NCBI GenBank assembly: GCA_013331805.1
Contig: DUFS01000028.1
Location: forward strand, 1-17,744
Length of the DNA: 17,744 nt
Origin: Candidatus Micrarchaeota archaeon
GTDB lineage: Archaea; Micrarchaeota; Micrarchaeia; Anstonellales; Anstonellaceae
Direction: 5' to 3'
Made by a program: the position numbers and the translations under genes. The notes beneath the pieces are model-generated. The model saw only the letters and a list, made by a program, of their open reading frames with translations. It made no database searches and had not been told where the DNA came from. The first letter of the stretch is position 1, and each line of letters starts with the position of its first letter. Shown here one piece after another: positions 6,820-14,249 of this stretch.

Positions 6820-7815
6820 CTACTTCCTGTGCTTTTTCTTGCCCCTGAGGTAACTGATGGCAGCTATTGCTATTGCAGCAACGCCGACCACTGACAGGAA
6901 TGCCAGGACGACGAACAAAAGTGCGCCACCGCCGCTGTCCTGCTGCCCAGGCCCTTGAACCGGAGGCTGGGCCGGCTGCAGCTCAGGCGCAACTGGCTCA
7001 GGCTCCTCTTCTTGCTCCTTGCCAACCGCTGCAGTGACCACTGTCTGGCTCTGATAAGTGAACTTGTACGTTCCTGCCTCAGCCGCGTTTATTCTTGCCT
7101 TGCCGTCGCTTCCGGTATTGATTTCCGCCTTGCCCGAGGGCGTTTCCACGGATATTTTTTCGCCCGAAAGCGGCGCTAATCCCTTGGTTATGGAAACCTC
7201 GATTATGGAAAACTGCTTGACACTGCCGGGAGCGGAAAGCACAGGCAAATGCTCTTCTTCTTCCTTGAATTTCTCAAGAGTGGGGCTTAGCTCGATGAAA
7301 TCCGCAGCGAGGAGATACGTTTTTTCCTTCATTGTTACGAATCCAGGAGCGATGAATTCCAGCTCGTATTCGCCTTCAGGAAGGAAGGACATCAGGTAAA
7401 ATCCGTGGGCATTGGGGGCTGCCCTTTTCACAATCAGCCCGTTTTGGTAGGCACTAACCGATGCATTGGAAAAGTCAGATGGCCCGAATATCTGCCCGTA
7501 AGCGCTTGCATAGGAGATGAGCTGGCGCATGGTGAGCGTGATTTCGGTGTTCCCTTTCACTTCCACAAGGGAGACGTGCAGGGGATATGGGTACCTGCGA
7601 AGCTGCATGAAATAGCTCCCGTCGCTCAGGTTGAAGCGAGCGTAGCCGTCTGAACCGGCCTTCTTTTCCTCCAGGACAACTCCGCCCGTCATGACAGACA
7701 CGTTCGTGCCCACTGCAAGAGTGTCCTGCGTGACAGTCACCTTGACGGCAAGGGTAGATGCAGACGCGATTGAAACGAGGATTGCGAACAGGATGAACAT
7801 GCTTGCCGCTCTCAC
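6820..7815 (-). CDS. Membrane-anchored surface protein with carboxypeptidase-regulatory-like domains
   Basis: Signal peptide, repeated beta-sandwich units (SDGYARF, GFYLMSFLPEGEYEL, TGSDGKA), Pro/Gln linker, C-terminal TM and KKKHRK. A probable GTG start at 7815 follows a GGTGAT SD. Confidence 0.72.
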   Translation of the reverse strand: MRAASMFILFAILVSIASASTLAVKVTVTQDTLAVGTNVSVMTGGVVLEEKKAGSDGYARFNLSDGSYFMQLRRYPYPLHVSLVEVKGNTEITLTMRQLISYASAYGQIFGPSDFSNASVSAYQNGLIVKRAAPNAHGFYLMSFLPEGEYELEFIAPGFVTMKEKTYLLAADFIELSPTLEKFKEEEEHLPVLSAPGSVKQFSIIEVSITKGLAPLSGEKISVETPSGKAEINTGSDGKARINAAEAGTYKFTYQSQTVVTAAVGKEQEEEPEPVAPELQPAQPPVQGPGQQDSGGGALLFVVLAFLSVVGVAAIAIAAISYLRGKKKHRK

Positions 7816-7855
7816 GGATATCACCAAGCAGTCTTCCAATGCAATGAATAAAAAC

Positions 7856-8563
7856 CTACTTTACGATCCGCCACATGAATTCGAACTGCCGCCGGTAGGC
7901 TTTGGCAGCCTCCTTGTTCTTTATGAGCACCACCACTGGCGGCTCGATAAACCACATGAAGATTGCAACCTTGTTGCCGTAGATCAGCGTGGTTGCCGGT
8001 CCGGAAAATTCCCGCGGTATTGTTTTGAATTCAGAGTATTTTGACGGCAACACCTTCTCGCCCTCTGCATAAAACTGCCTAGCCCTGATTTTTCGCTTTT
8101 CCCTCTCATGAAGATACCTTTCTGTGAATTCTGGGAAGAGGTAATACATCCTATCAGTAGCTCCGAACCCGACAAAATCCTTGCCCTCTTTCAGAATGTC
8201 GCTCATTACTGTCTTTATGCCCTCCCTCCCCTCGTAAGTTTCTATGGTTGGCTTTGGTTCGTATGATTTGTAGACCTTGTCCAGTCCTGGCATGATTTCA
8301 TGCAGGATTTTTTCCTTTTCCGTCAAATAGTCTTGCAACTTGCTTGGCGGCGCTGCCCTGTAGTACGTTTTGCTACCCCTCAGAACATAGCTGACCAGAC
8401 CTTTTTTGACAAGGCTGCCCAGCGAGTCATATATGTTGGTTCTGTCCTCGTGGGAGAGCTTGGCGATTTCGCCAGCTTTTGCCTCTTCCATCTGCAGAAG
8501 CGCTAGGTAAGCCTGCGCCTCGCGCTTTGAAAGACCAATCTCAGTCAGTTTTGCCACATCCAC
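7856..8563 (-). CDS. TrmB-family transcriptional regulator (wHTH + effector domain)
   Basis: LTEIGLSKREAQAYLALL...EIAK...RTNIYDSLGSLVKKGLV...YYRAAPP is the TrmB HTH. The C-domain has YEGREGIK, TLIYGNKVAI and FEFMW. Confidence 0.88.
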   Translation of the reverse strand: MDVAKLTEIGLSKREAQAYLALLQMEEAKAGEIAKLSHEDRTNIYDSLGSLVKKGLVSYVLRGSKTYYRAAPPSKLQDYLTEKEKILHEIMPGLDKVYKSYEPKPTIETYEGREGIKTVMSDILKEGKDFVGFGATDRMYYLFPEFTERYLHEREKRKIRARQFYAEGEKVLPSKYSEFKTIPREFSGPATTLIYGNKVAIFMWFIEPPVVVLIKNKEAAKAYRRQFEFMWRIVK

Positions 8564-8591
8564 AAAAAGTTCTTGCTGCTAGTCTATTTAA

Positions 8592-8615
8592 TTGTTGTGT
8601 ATTTTTACACAACAA
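8592..8615. promoter_or_regulatory. Perfect palindromic operator candidate TTGTTGTGTA-tttt-TACACAACAA
   Basis: 10-bp arms with a 4-nt spacer, in the divergent intergenic region and adjoining the trmB TATA (TTAAATA, minus strand, 8585-8591). Confidence 0.7.
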
Positions 8616-8650
8616 ATCATCATATTCCTAGTACGAGACCTATTTTAGCC

Positions 8651-9403
8651 ATGGCATCAACCATGGAGATGGAAACCAGAACAAAAATCGCCTCAAAAAT
8701 ATGCCAGGGGCTATCTTCCAACAAGTTCTCCAGAGAATTACCGACCAATGAAAACGAGCTTCTTCGTAGACTAGATTCAGATGTGCCCGCCCACCTCCTT
8801 GGTCTTTGGGGCGGCTCAAAGGAAGGGAACCGAAACAGGGCAAATAAATCTGATGCAGAAAGTCTTGATTTTGTCTATAGCGTCAGAGGGCGTTTGGCAG
8901 AATATAGTGGAATGAAGGCGAGCGCTAGCCTCCTGTTCTGCGATATCCACCATAAACTGGCAAATGGCAGGCAAGACAAGGAAATTCGAGCTTACTTTGA
9001 AAGCCTGAAGCCCTTAGTTGAAGAGAGGGGGTTTGAACTGATAGGCTTGCAAAGCGTGGTTGGCAAAGCCCCTGTGCTAAGAAACTATATTGACGATCAT
9101 TCTCTTCTTGCGGCACAGAAAATACTCTCAGATCAGCGTGTTCTTGAAAAAACAATCAAGTCTGCGAAGAGACACTCGCAGCAGATAGGTTCTGGAACTG
9201 CGCCAGGAAAGGTGGTGGAGATTTACGTGGCAATTGAAGTTTATTTTCTTCACGAAGTAGACCGCATTTTCCACCATTTGCCGATTTTTTTCTCATTTAG
9301 CGACCCAGAAGTGCAGAAGCCCATAGCCACCGCCTCGGAGATTCCCATGTTCCACTTCCATTCCAACTCAAGAAGGAGGCACGAGTGCCCATGGTACAGC
9401 TGA
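8651..9403 (+). CDS. Hypothetical cytoplasmic alpha/beta enzyme, possibly Rossmann/HUP-like (PvcA/Dit1 isocyanide-synthase-like or CDPS-like)
   Basis: 250-aa ORF divergent from trmB. Motif order is LWGGSK, D..SLDF, LLFCDIH...NG, I.AYF..L, AKRH, Y...E..FL, IFFSF and C-terminal PWY. The fold call is pattern recognition only. Confidence 0.55.
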   Translation: MASTMEMETRTKIASKICQGLSSNKFSRELPTNENELLRRLDSDVPAHLLGLWGGSKEGNRNRANKSDAESLDFVYSVRGRLAEYSGMKASASLLFCDIHHKLANGRQDKEIRAYFESLKPLVEERGFELIGLQSVVGKAPVLRNYIDDHSLLAAQKILSDQRVLEKTIKSAKRHSQQIGSGTAPGKVVEIYVAIEVYFLHEVDRIFHHLPIFFSFSDPEVQKPIATASEIPMFHFHSNSRRRHECPWYS

Positions 9404-9832
9404 CTATCTATCGCCCCAGCATGAAACCCGCGCTTCCTGGAGCGCCCCTGATTGCCAGATTGGGACGGTAAATGCGTACCTTTCAGCATCCGCCCCTTCG
9501 CCTTCGCAAGAGGAGGCTGAAGTGAGAGGTGAGTACGCCTCGATGCAGAGCCCCGAAAGCTCTGATGCCGTTTGCACTTTTTCCTGCAGGCTTCCATCTG
9601 CAAAAGCGTGCGATTTTGAAAACACTATTGCAGCGTCGCTGCACAGGAAAAAATCCTGCGGGCGGTCTTCCTGGAACCTGAAAAGCGGAAGAGAGGAGGC
9701 GGCGATGAGAAGCAGGAATACCGCAGTAACTGCCTCAAGAGACAGGAGATAGCCGCTTTTGAGCTTCGCATCGCGAGCACATGGTACCGAAAGGGACTCA
9801 AGCGAAATGAGACGGCCGCTTTTGAATTTCAT
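9404..9832 (-). CDS. Minor pilin/pseudopilin-like protein
   Basis: KSG/YLLSLEAVTAVFLLLIAA followed by a short Cys-containing C-domain; ATGA overlap with the upstream gene. Confidence 0.6.
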   Translation of the reverse strand: MKFKSGRLISLESLSVPCARDAKLKSGYLLSLEAVTAVFLLLIAASSLPLFRFQEDRPQDFFLCSDAAIVFSKSHAFADGSLQEKVQTASELSGLCIEAYSPLTSASSCEGEGADAERYAFTVPIWQSGALQEARVSCWGDR

Positions 9833-10272
9833 CCTAAGCACGCCTCCAGCCTGACAATTTCCCCATTGAGAAGGGCGAGCCGGGCGGAGCAGAAGACCTC
9901 TTCCCCTGCCTCTCCTTCCCATTTTGAAAAAATCTCGCCCTCCCTTCCGCCCACCGAAACCTTAGCGTAACTCTTAGCCATTTCCTTGAGCATTCCCTTC
10001 AGGTCCAAATCCAAAAGCCGCGAAAGGTCAAGCTCGTTTACTGATGAATGGCCTTCGGTGCCTTTTGTGATCGCCTCCTCCACAAGGAAGGATGAGAAAC
10101 GGAGCGAAACAAGGGAATTTGAAATTTGCCTTGACTCTTCGTCCGCAGAGGCACCGGCATGGGAGGCAAGATAGGCAAATGAAGCGTAGGCAAAAACGAC
10201 TATCACTAGCGCGAGGGCGGCATCAACCGAAAAATAACCCCTAAACCGGCTCTGCTGCGTTTCCCTGCACAT
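9829..10272 (-). CDS. Minor pilin-like protein (class III signal peptide-like)
   Basis: RFRG/YFSVDAALALVIVVFAYA has an acidic residue at +5. Start trimmed to MCRETQQ. Confidence 0.65.
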   Translation of the reverse strand: MCRETQQSRFRGYFSVDAALALVIVVFAYASFAYLASHAGASADEESRQISNSLVSLRFSSFLVEEAITKGTEGHSSVNELDLSRLLDLDLKGMLKEMAKSYAKVSVGGREGEIFSKWEGEAGEEVFCSARLALLNGEIVRLEACLG

Positions 10273-10591
10273 AAAAGCCACCTGACTGGCTTGCCGAAAC
10301 CCTGTGGAAAACGTATTCTGAAACGGACGGATTTTTTTGCGATCGGATAGACTTCCCATCTTGTGAAGGGGTTGCGCTGAACCCCTGGCCGATGCGCATG
10401 GACCTAAGCGAGCCTGCCGCTTCGTCAATGGAAAGCGCCTGGTAAGCAAGGGAGTGCCTCTCCGCTGACGACAGGCAGGAATCGTGAAGGCGACTGCCGA
10501 TTTTTCCCGCGGATAGCGTGAGGAGCGAAAGGATGGAGAGGAATGCAGCCATTGCAAGCAGGGCCTCAAGCGAGAGCTGGGCTTTTCTCAT
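10241..10591 (-). CDS. Pilin-like protein with class III signal peptide
   Basis: MRKA/QLSLEALLAMAAFLSIL (Q+1, E+5); ATGA overlap with the upstream gene. Confidence 0.75.
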   Translation of the reverse strand: MRKAQLSLEALLAMAAFLSILSLLTLSAGKIGSRLHDSCLSSAERHSLAYQALSIDEAAGSLRSMRIGQGFSATPSQDGKSIRSQKNPSVSEYVFHRVSASQSGGFYVQGNAAEPV

Positions 10592-11133
10592 TGGAACAGC
10601 ACCTCATAGGAAGGTGGTAGGGCAGCTGCCCTTCCTATCGCGTATTCTGGAGAATAAAATGAGAAGCCCATGTCGTAAAAATGCGCCTTTTTCTCCAGCA
10701 GGGCAGCCTCGAATGACCCTGCGCATGCGGAAATCGGGAGCGCACCCTGCGGAATGACCGCCCTTTTTTGGATCGTCATTCCTTCAGAAGCCTCGGCACG
10801 CATTTTTTCAGAAACAGGCCCGCACCAGAAAACAGCGTCGAATCCTTCTTCCTTCAGGCTGGACTGGAATTCAAGCGTGCGGATGAGCATGGCGGACCTC
10901 ACCCTTTGTCCAGGCTCACCCCCGGATGCCAAGGAGTCGCGCAGGGCTATTGAAGCCGCATCGGATATTGCAAGGTAATAGGACTGCTTTATGGCCACAT
11001 CAAGGACAAGGGTTCCCCTGTATTTCTCATAGGAGCGGTCTGGCGCCTGGCTTGATATGAGGGAGCCTGAGGAGACCAGGGCAAGGAGGAACACAGAACC
11101 TAACACAAAGGACAGGAAGCCCTTTCCCATCAT
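10588..11133 (-). CDS. Pilin-like/N-terminally anchored protein
   Basis: MMGKG/FLSFVLGSVFLLALV; first gene of the coupled four-gene cluster. Confidence 0.6.
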   Translation of the reverse strand: MMGKGFLSFVLGSVFLLALVSSGSLISSQAPDRSYEKYRGTLVLDVAIKQSYYLAISDAASIALRDSLASGGEPGQRVRSAMLIRTLEFQSSLKEEGFDAVFWCGPVSEKMRAEASEGMTIQKRAVIPQGALPISACAGSFEAALLEKKAHFYDMGFSFYSPEYAIGRAAALPPSYEVLFQ

Positions 11134-11160
11134 GAAGGCATCATGCCTGAAGACACCTGC

Positions 11161-12201
11161 TTATGAGAGCTCTTCGATCAGTTTCACCAGGTAGGCAGTT
11201 GTCTTTTCGATGTCATCCAATGAGCAGACCGCCACATTGGAATGTATGTAGCGGGTGGGGACGCAGATTGCTATCGAGGGGATGCCGCCCTTCTCGCCGT
11301 AGACGCTTGCGGCGTCCGTGGCCCCGCCCTCGATCACCTCGAGCTGGTGGTGGATCTTGTATTTTTTTGCAACCGAAATGCATGATGACTTAAGCTGCGA
11401 GTCCGCCACATTGCCCCTGCCGCCGGCTTCTACCAGGCAGATGGCAGGCCCCCTGCCCACGTGTATGAGCGCCTCGTCCTCGCTCATCTCAGGGTGGTCG
11501 CCTGCTATTGACGTGTCGACTGCAATGAAAGATGAGGGTTCTAGGTTGTAGGCTGCGATCATTGCGCCCTTGCCGAACGTGGAGACTTCCTCCTGCGCGG
11601 TCCCAACAAGAACGATATTCCTGTTCTTCACCCTTTTTGCGATTTCCAGTATCACGTAGCAGCCGACCCGATTGTCCAGGGCCTTTCCCGTGACCAGCTT
11701 CCCGTTCAGGACCTTGGTGGAAAGGTCGAACGATATCGGATCGCCTATCCTCACGCCCATCTTCTCCGCGTCCTTCCTCCCCCTTGCCCCTATGTCGATG
11801 AACATGCTCTTGTTGTCAATCGCGTTCTTCATTTCCTCGGCCTTCATCATGTGCGGCGGCTTGCTCCCGATAACCCCATACAGCCTGCCCTTTTCTGTCT
11901 GTATTACCACGCGCTGGTTCACCAGCACCCGGTTGTCAATGCCCCCCACCTTCACGAACCTTATGAACCCCTTGTCGTTTATGAATTTCACCAGCATGCC
12001 GATCTCGTCCATGTGCGCGCCAAGCATGAGCGGCTTCTTTTTTGCAGAAGGCGAGCGGGCTATGACGTTCCCGAACCTGTCCATTTCCACCTTGTAGCCG
12101 CTTTTCCTAAACTCTGCGGCCATTATCTGGGCTATTTCGCTCTCGTGCCCGGGCACGCCGAAAGACTCTGTTAGCTTTGAAAAAAGCTGCATGTCAACCA
12201 T
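11161..12201 (-). CDS. M42-family (TET) aminopeptidase
   Basis: GVPGHE, AHMDEIG, KALDNRVG, QEEV, AVDT, GGATDA, PTRYIHS; SD GAGGTGA. Confidence 0.95.
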   Translation of the reverse strand: MVDMQLFSKLTESFGVPGHESEIAQIMAAEFRKSGYKVEMDRFGNVIARSPSAKKKPLMLGAHMDEIGMLVKFINDKGFIRFVKVGGIDNRVLVNQRVVIQTEKGRLYGVIGSKPPHMMKAEEMKNAIDNKSMFIDIGARGRKDAEKMGVRIGDPISFDLSTKVLNGKLVTGKALDNRVGCYVILEIAKRVKNRNIVLVGTAQEEVSTFGKGAMIAAYNLEPSSFIAVDTSIAGDHPEMSEDEALIHVGRGPAICLVEAGGRGNVADSQLKSSCISVAKKYKIHHQLEVIEGGATDAASVYGEKGGIPSIAICVPTRYIHSNVAVCSLDDIEKTTAYLVKLIEELS

Positions 12202-12274
12202 CTGGTATCACCTCTTATTGCGCTTGTTAGAAATCCCGCCAAAGGTTAAAAAATCACCTGCATGGATTTTTTAG

Positions 12275-12298
12275 AAGTGGAAACCGCGGTTTCCACTT
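12275..12298. repeat. Perfect 24-bp palindrome AAGTGGAAACCGCGGTTTCCACTT
   Basis: Self-complementary with no spacer; lies between rnz and the TET promoter. Confidence 0.85.
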
Positions 12299-12317
12299 GG
12301 ATAAAAAGGAAGGCTGA

Positions 12318-13181
12318 TCAAACTTCGAGTTTCATCCCGTCTTCTGCGACCGAAACATTCTCGAAAACCGCCTTTGCCTCCCCGACCAGCTGGCTTGCGT
12401 CCTTGTAACGCCCGGAGATGTGAGTCAGCAGCAGTTTTTTCACTCCTGCCTTCTTCGCAATTGCCGCAGCCTGCGCGGCAGTGGAGTGCTTGGATTCCAG
12501 CGCCTCCTCCTTTTTGTCCTCGGAAAATGTGGCCTCGTGTATGAGCAGGTCGGCGCCCTTTGCAGATTTTGCAGTGGCGGCGCAGGGCATTGTGTCAGAG
12601 GTGTAGGCGATTTTCTTGCCCGCCTGGCGATAGGTGACGTCCGCAAGCTTGACCGGCTTGTCCCCTATCTTCAGCTTTCCCTCCTTCATTATTTTGGTGA
12701 ACATCGGCCCCCTGATGCCGAGCGATTTTGCCTTTTCCTCGAAAAAACGCACCTTTTCCTTTTCCTGGAAACAAAAGCCCAAGGAACCCCGCTCGTGCGC
12801 GGTCTTGAATGCTGCAACTGTAAATTCTCCGAAATCCTGCTGGAAATCCTCGTCGATTTCTATTATTTCCACAAATTCCTTTTTGCCAAAGGTCGCCTTG
12901 CTCCCCTTTGGCCCGTAAACCGCCAATTTCTCCTTGCGCTCGTTAAGCTTCATTGTTTCCACCAGCCCGAACACGCCAAGAAAATGGTCCAGGTGCAAAT
13001 GCGAGATGAAAATCGCCTTCACTTTCATGTAGGACAACCCGAAGCGCATCATCTGGCGCTGGGTGCCCTCAGCGCAGTCCAGCAGGTAAATGTCGCCTTC
13101 CCTTCGCACGGCTATTGCGGATAGGTTTCGCTGGATTGTGGGCACTGCCGCGGATGTTCCCAGGAAGGTTATCTCAAACAT
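12318..13181 (-). CDS. rnz: Ribonuclease Z (tRNA 3' processing)
   Basis: FLGTSAAVPT..RN, DCAEGTQRQ, SHLHLDH, exosite arm (GIRGP), YTSDT, HEATF, HST, THISGRY. TATA TTTTATA at 13205-13211. Confidence 0.95.
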   Translation of the reverse strand: MFEITFLGTSAAVPTIQRNLSAIAVRREGDIYLLDCAEGTQRQMMRFGLSYMKVKAIFISHLHLDHFLGVFGLVETMKLNERKEKLAVYGPKGSKATFGKKEFVEIIEIDEDFQQDFGEFTVAAFKTAHERGSLGFCFQEKEKVRFFEEKAKSLGIRGPMFTKIMKEGKLKIGDKPVKLADVTYRQAGKKIAYTSDTMPCAATAKSAKGADLLIHEATFSEDKKEEALESKHSTAAQAAAIAKKAGVKKLLLTHISGRYKDASQLVGEAKAVFENVSVAEDGMKLEV

Positions 13182-13224
13182 GGGAAGACTAACGCACGAG
13201 CCAATATAAAACGCTGCCGCCCCG

Positions 13225-13950
13225 CTAATCCTTGGAATTGAGCAGGTAGGCGCCGGTTATTATTACCACGATCACGAGCGCGACAATGGAAATGAGCGTG
13301 TTCTTCCTCAGGAACTCTATGGGGTCGCGCCCGTCGCCTTCCGGCTTGAGCGTGTCCAGGAAGTTGCCCTCTGAAAAGTTTTCTGAAAAGTTCAGGAATG
13401 CTCCCTCCCAGCCACCCTCTTCGGCTGAGCTGTTGCTCTGGTTGGGCTGGAAAATCTGCTTCAGGGATTCAAGAAGTCCGCTTGTCCCTGCCTCGCCAGA
13501 AAATCCCTCTTCGGCTATTTCGGACTTCAGGGTGATCGCAGGGGTTTCCCGCATGCCCTCAGTTGGCAGCACCATTACCGGTATTTCCGCATAAAGCACC
13601 GAAGTGTTGGCACAGGTGCCGTTCACCACTTCGCAGCGAAGAAAGCTTTCGGACCAATTGGATTTCCCGCCAAAAGCAAGCGGGAAAAAAGCTGAGGAAT
13701 TGTTTTCCATGCTGGCTGTAACTTTCACAGCGATCGAGCGGCCCTCAAGTCCTGCAAGAGATGAGTCCGGAACAGCCCAAGCCGCGCGAATCGACCCGTT
13801 GTAAAGCACGCCCGGTATCATGTCCTGAAAATCCAGGTCATAGCTGTATTCCACCAGCTTTGAAATTGAGGAGAGGTTGCCCTGTATGCTGTCGGTGAAT
13901 GAGACCGAGAGCAGGTATGCTAGGAAAAAGCCCCCAATGAAACTGGCCAT
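13225..13950 (-). CDS. Hypothetical membrane/surface protein (N-terminal and C-terminal hydrophobic segments)
   Basis: Hydrophobic N-terminus, many N-X-S/T sequons, a Cys pair and C-terminal TM LISIVALVIVVIITGAYLL; TATA at 13972-13978. Confidence 0.65.
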   Translation of the reverse strand: MASFIGGFFLAYLLSVSFTDSIQGNLSSISKLVEYSYDLDFQDMIPGVLYNGSIRAAWAVPDSSLAGLEGRSIAVKVTASMENNSSAFFPLAFGGKSNWSESFLRCEVVNGTCANTSVLYAEIPVMVLPTEGMRETPAITLKSEIAEEGFSGEAGTSGLLESLKQIFQPNQSNSSAEEGGWEGAFLNFSENFSEGNFLDTLKPEGDGRDPIEFLRKNTLISIVALVIVVIITGAYLLNSKD

Positions 13951-13987
13951 GAAATGGAAACGAGCAGGAGATATTTAAGCTATAGGG

Positions 13988-14233
13988 TGGACTGAACCCC
14001 CATTTGTGGACACCAAGTTAAGCTTCATTCTTGTTTAAAAACACCACTTCAAATTCGTTTGGCGGCACATATCCAATGGATGAATGCAGCCTCTTTTTGT
14101 TGTACACCTCCTCGATGAACTGCTTGATGTCTGCGCATGCCTCATCAAATGTTCTGTATTCCTTCATGTAAACCTCCTCTGCTTTCAGGGTTTTCATGAA
14201 GCTCTCTGCAAAGGCATTGTCATAGGGGTTGCC
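13988..14233 (-). pseudogene. IS3-family remnant: C-terminal 71 aa of the OrfB transposase (14018-14233) plus right IR
   Basis: My translation is GNPYDNAFAESFMKTLKAEEVY...YNKKRLHSSIGYVPPNEFE..., the IS3 integrase-core C-terminus. The terminal IR TGGACTGAACCCCCATTTGTGGACACC begins with TG at 13988. Confidence 0.9.
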
Positions 14234-14249
14234 CCAAAGCCCCCTCTGC

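Noticed and set aside
10273..10569. Extension of the 246-aa ORF, and likewise 9833-9922 of the 172-aa ORF
   Set aside because: These overlap genuine upstream genes in other frames; pilin-like leaders start at 10272 and 9832.
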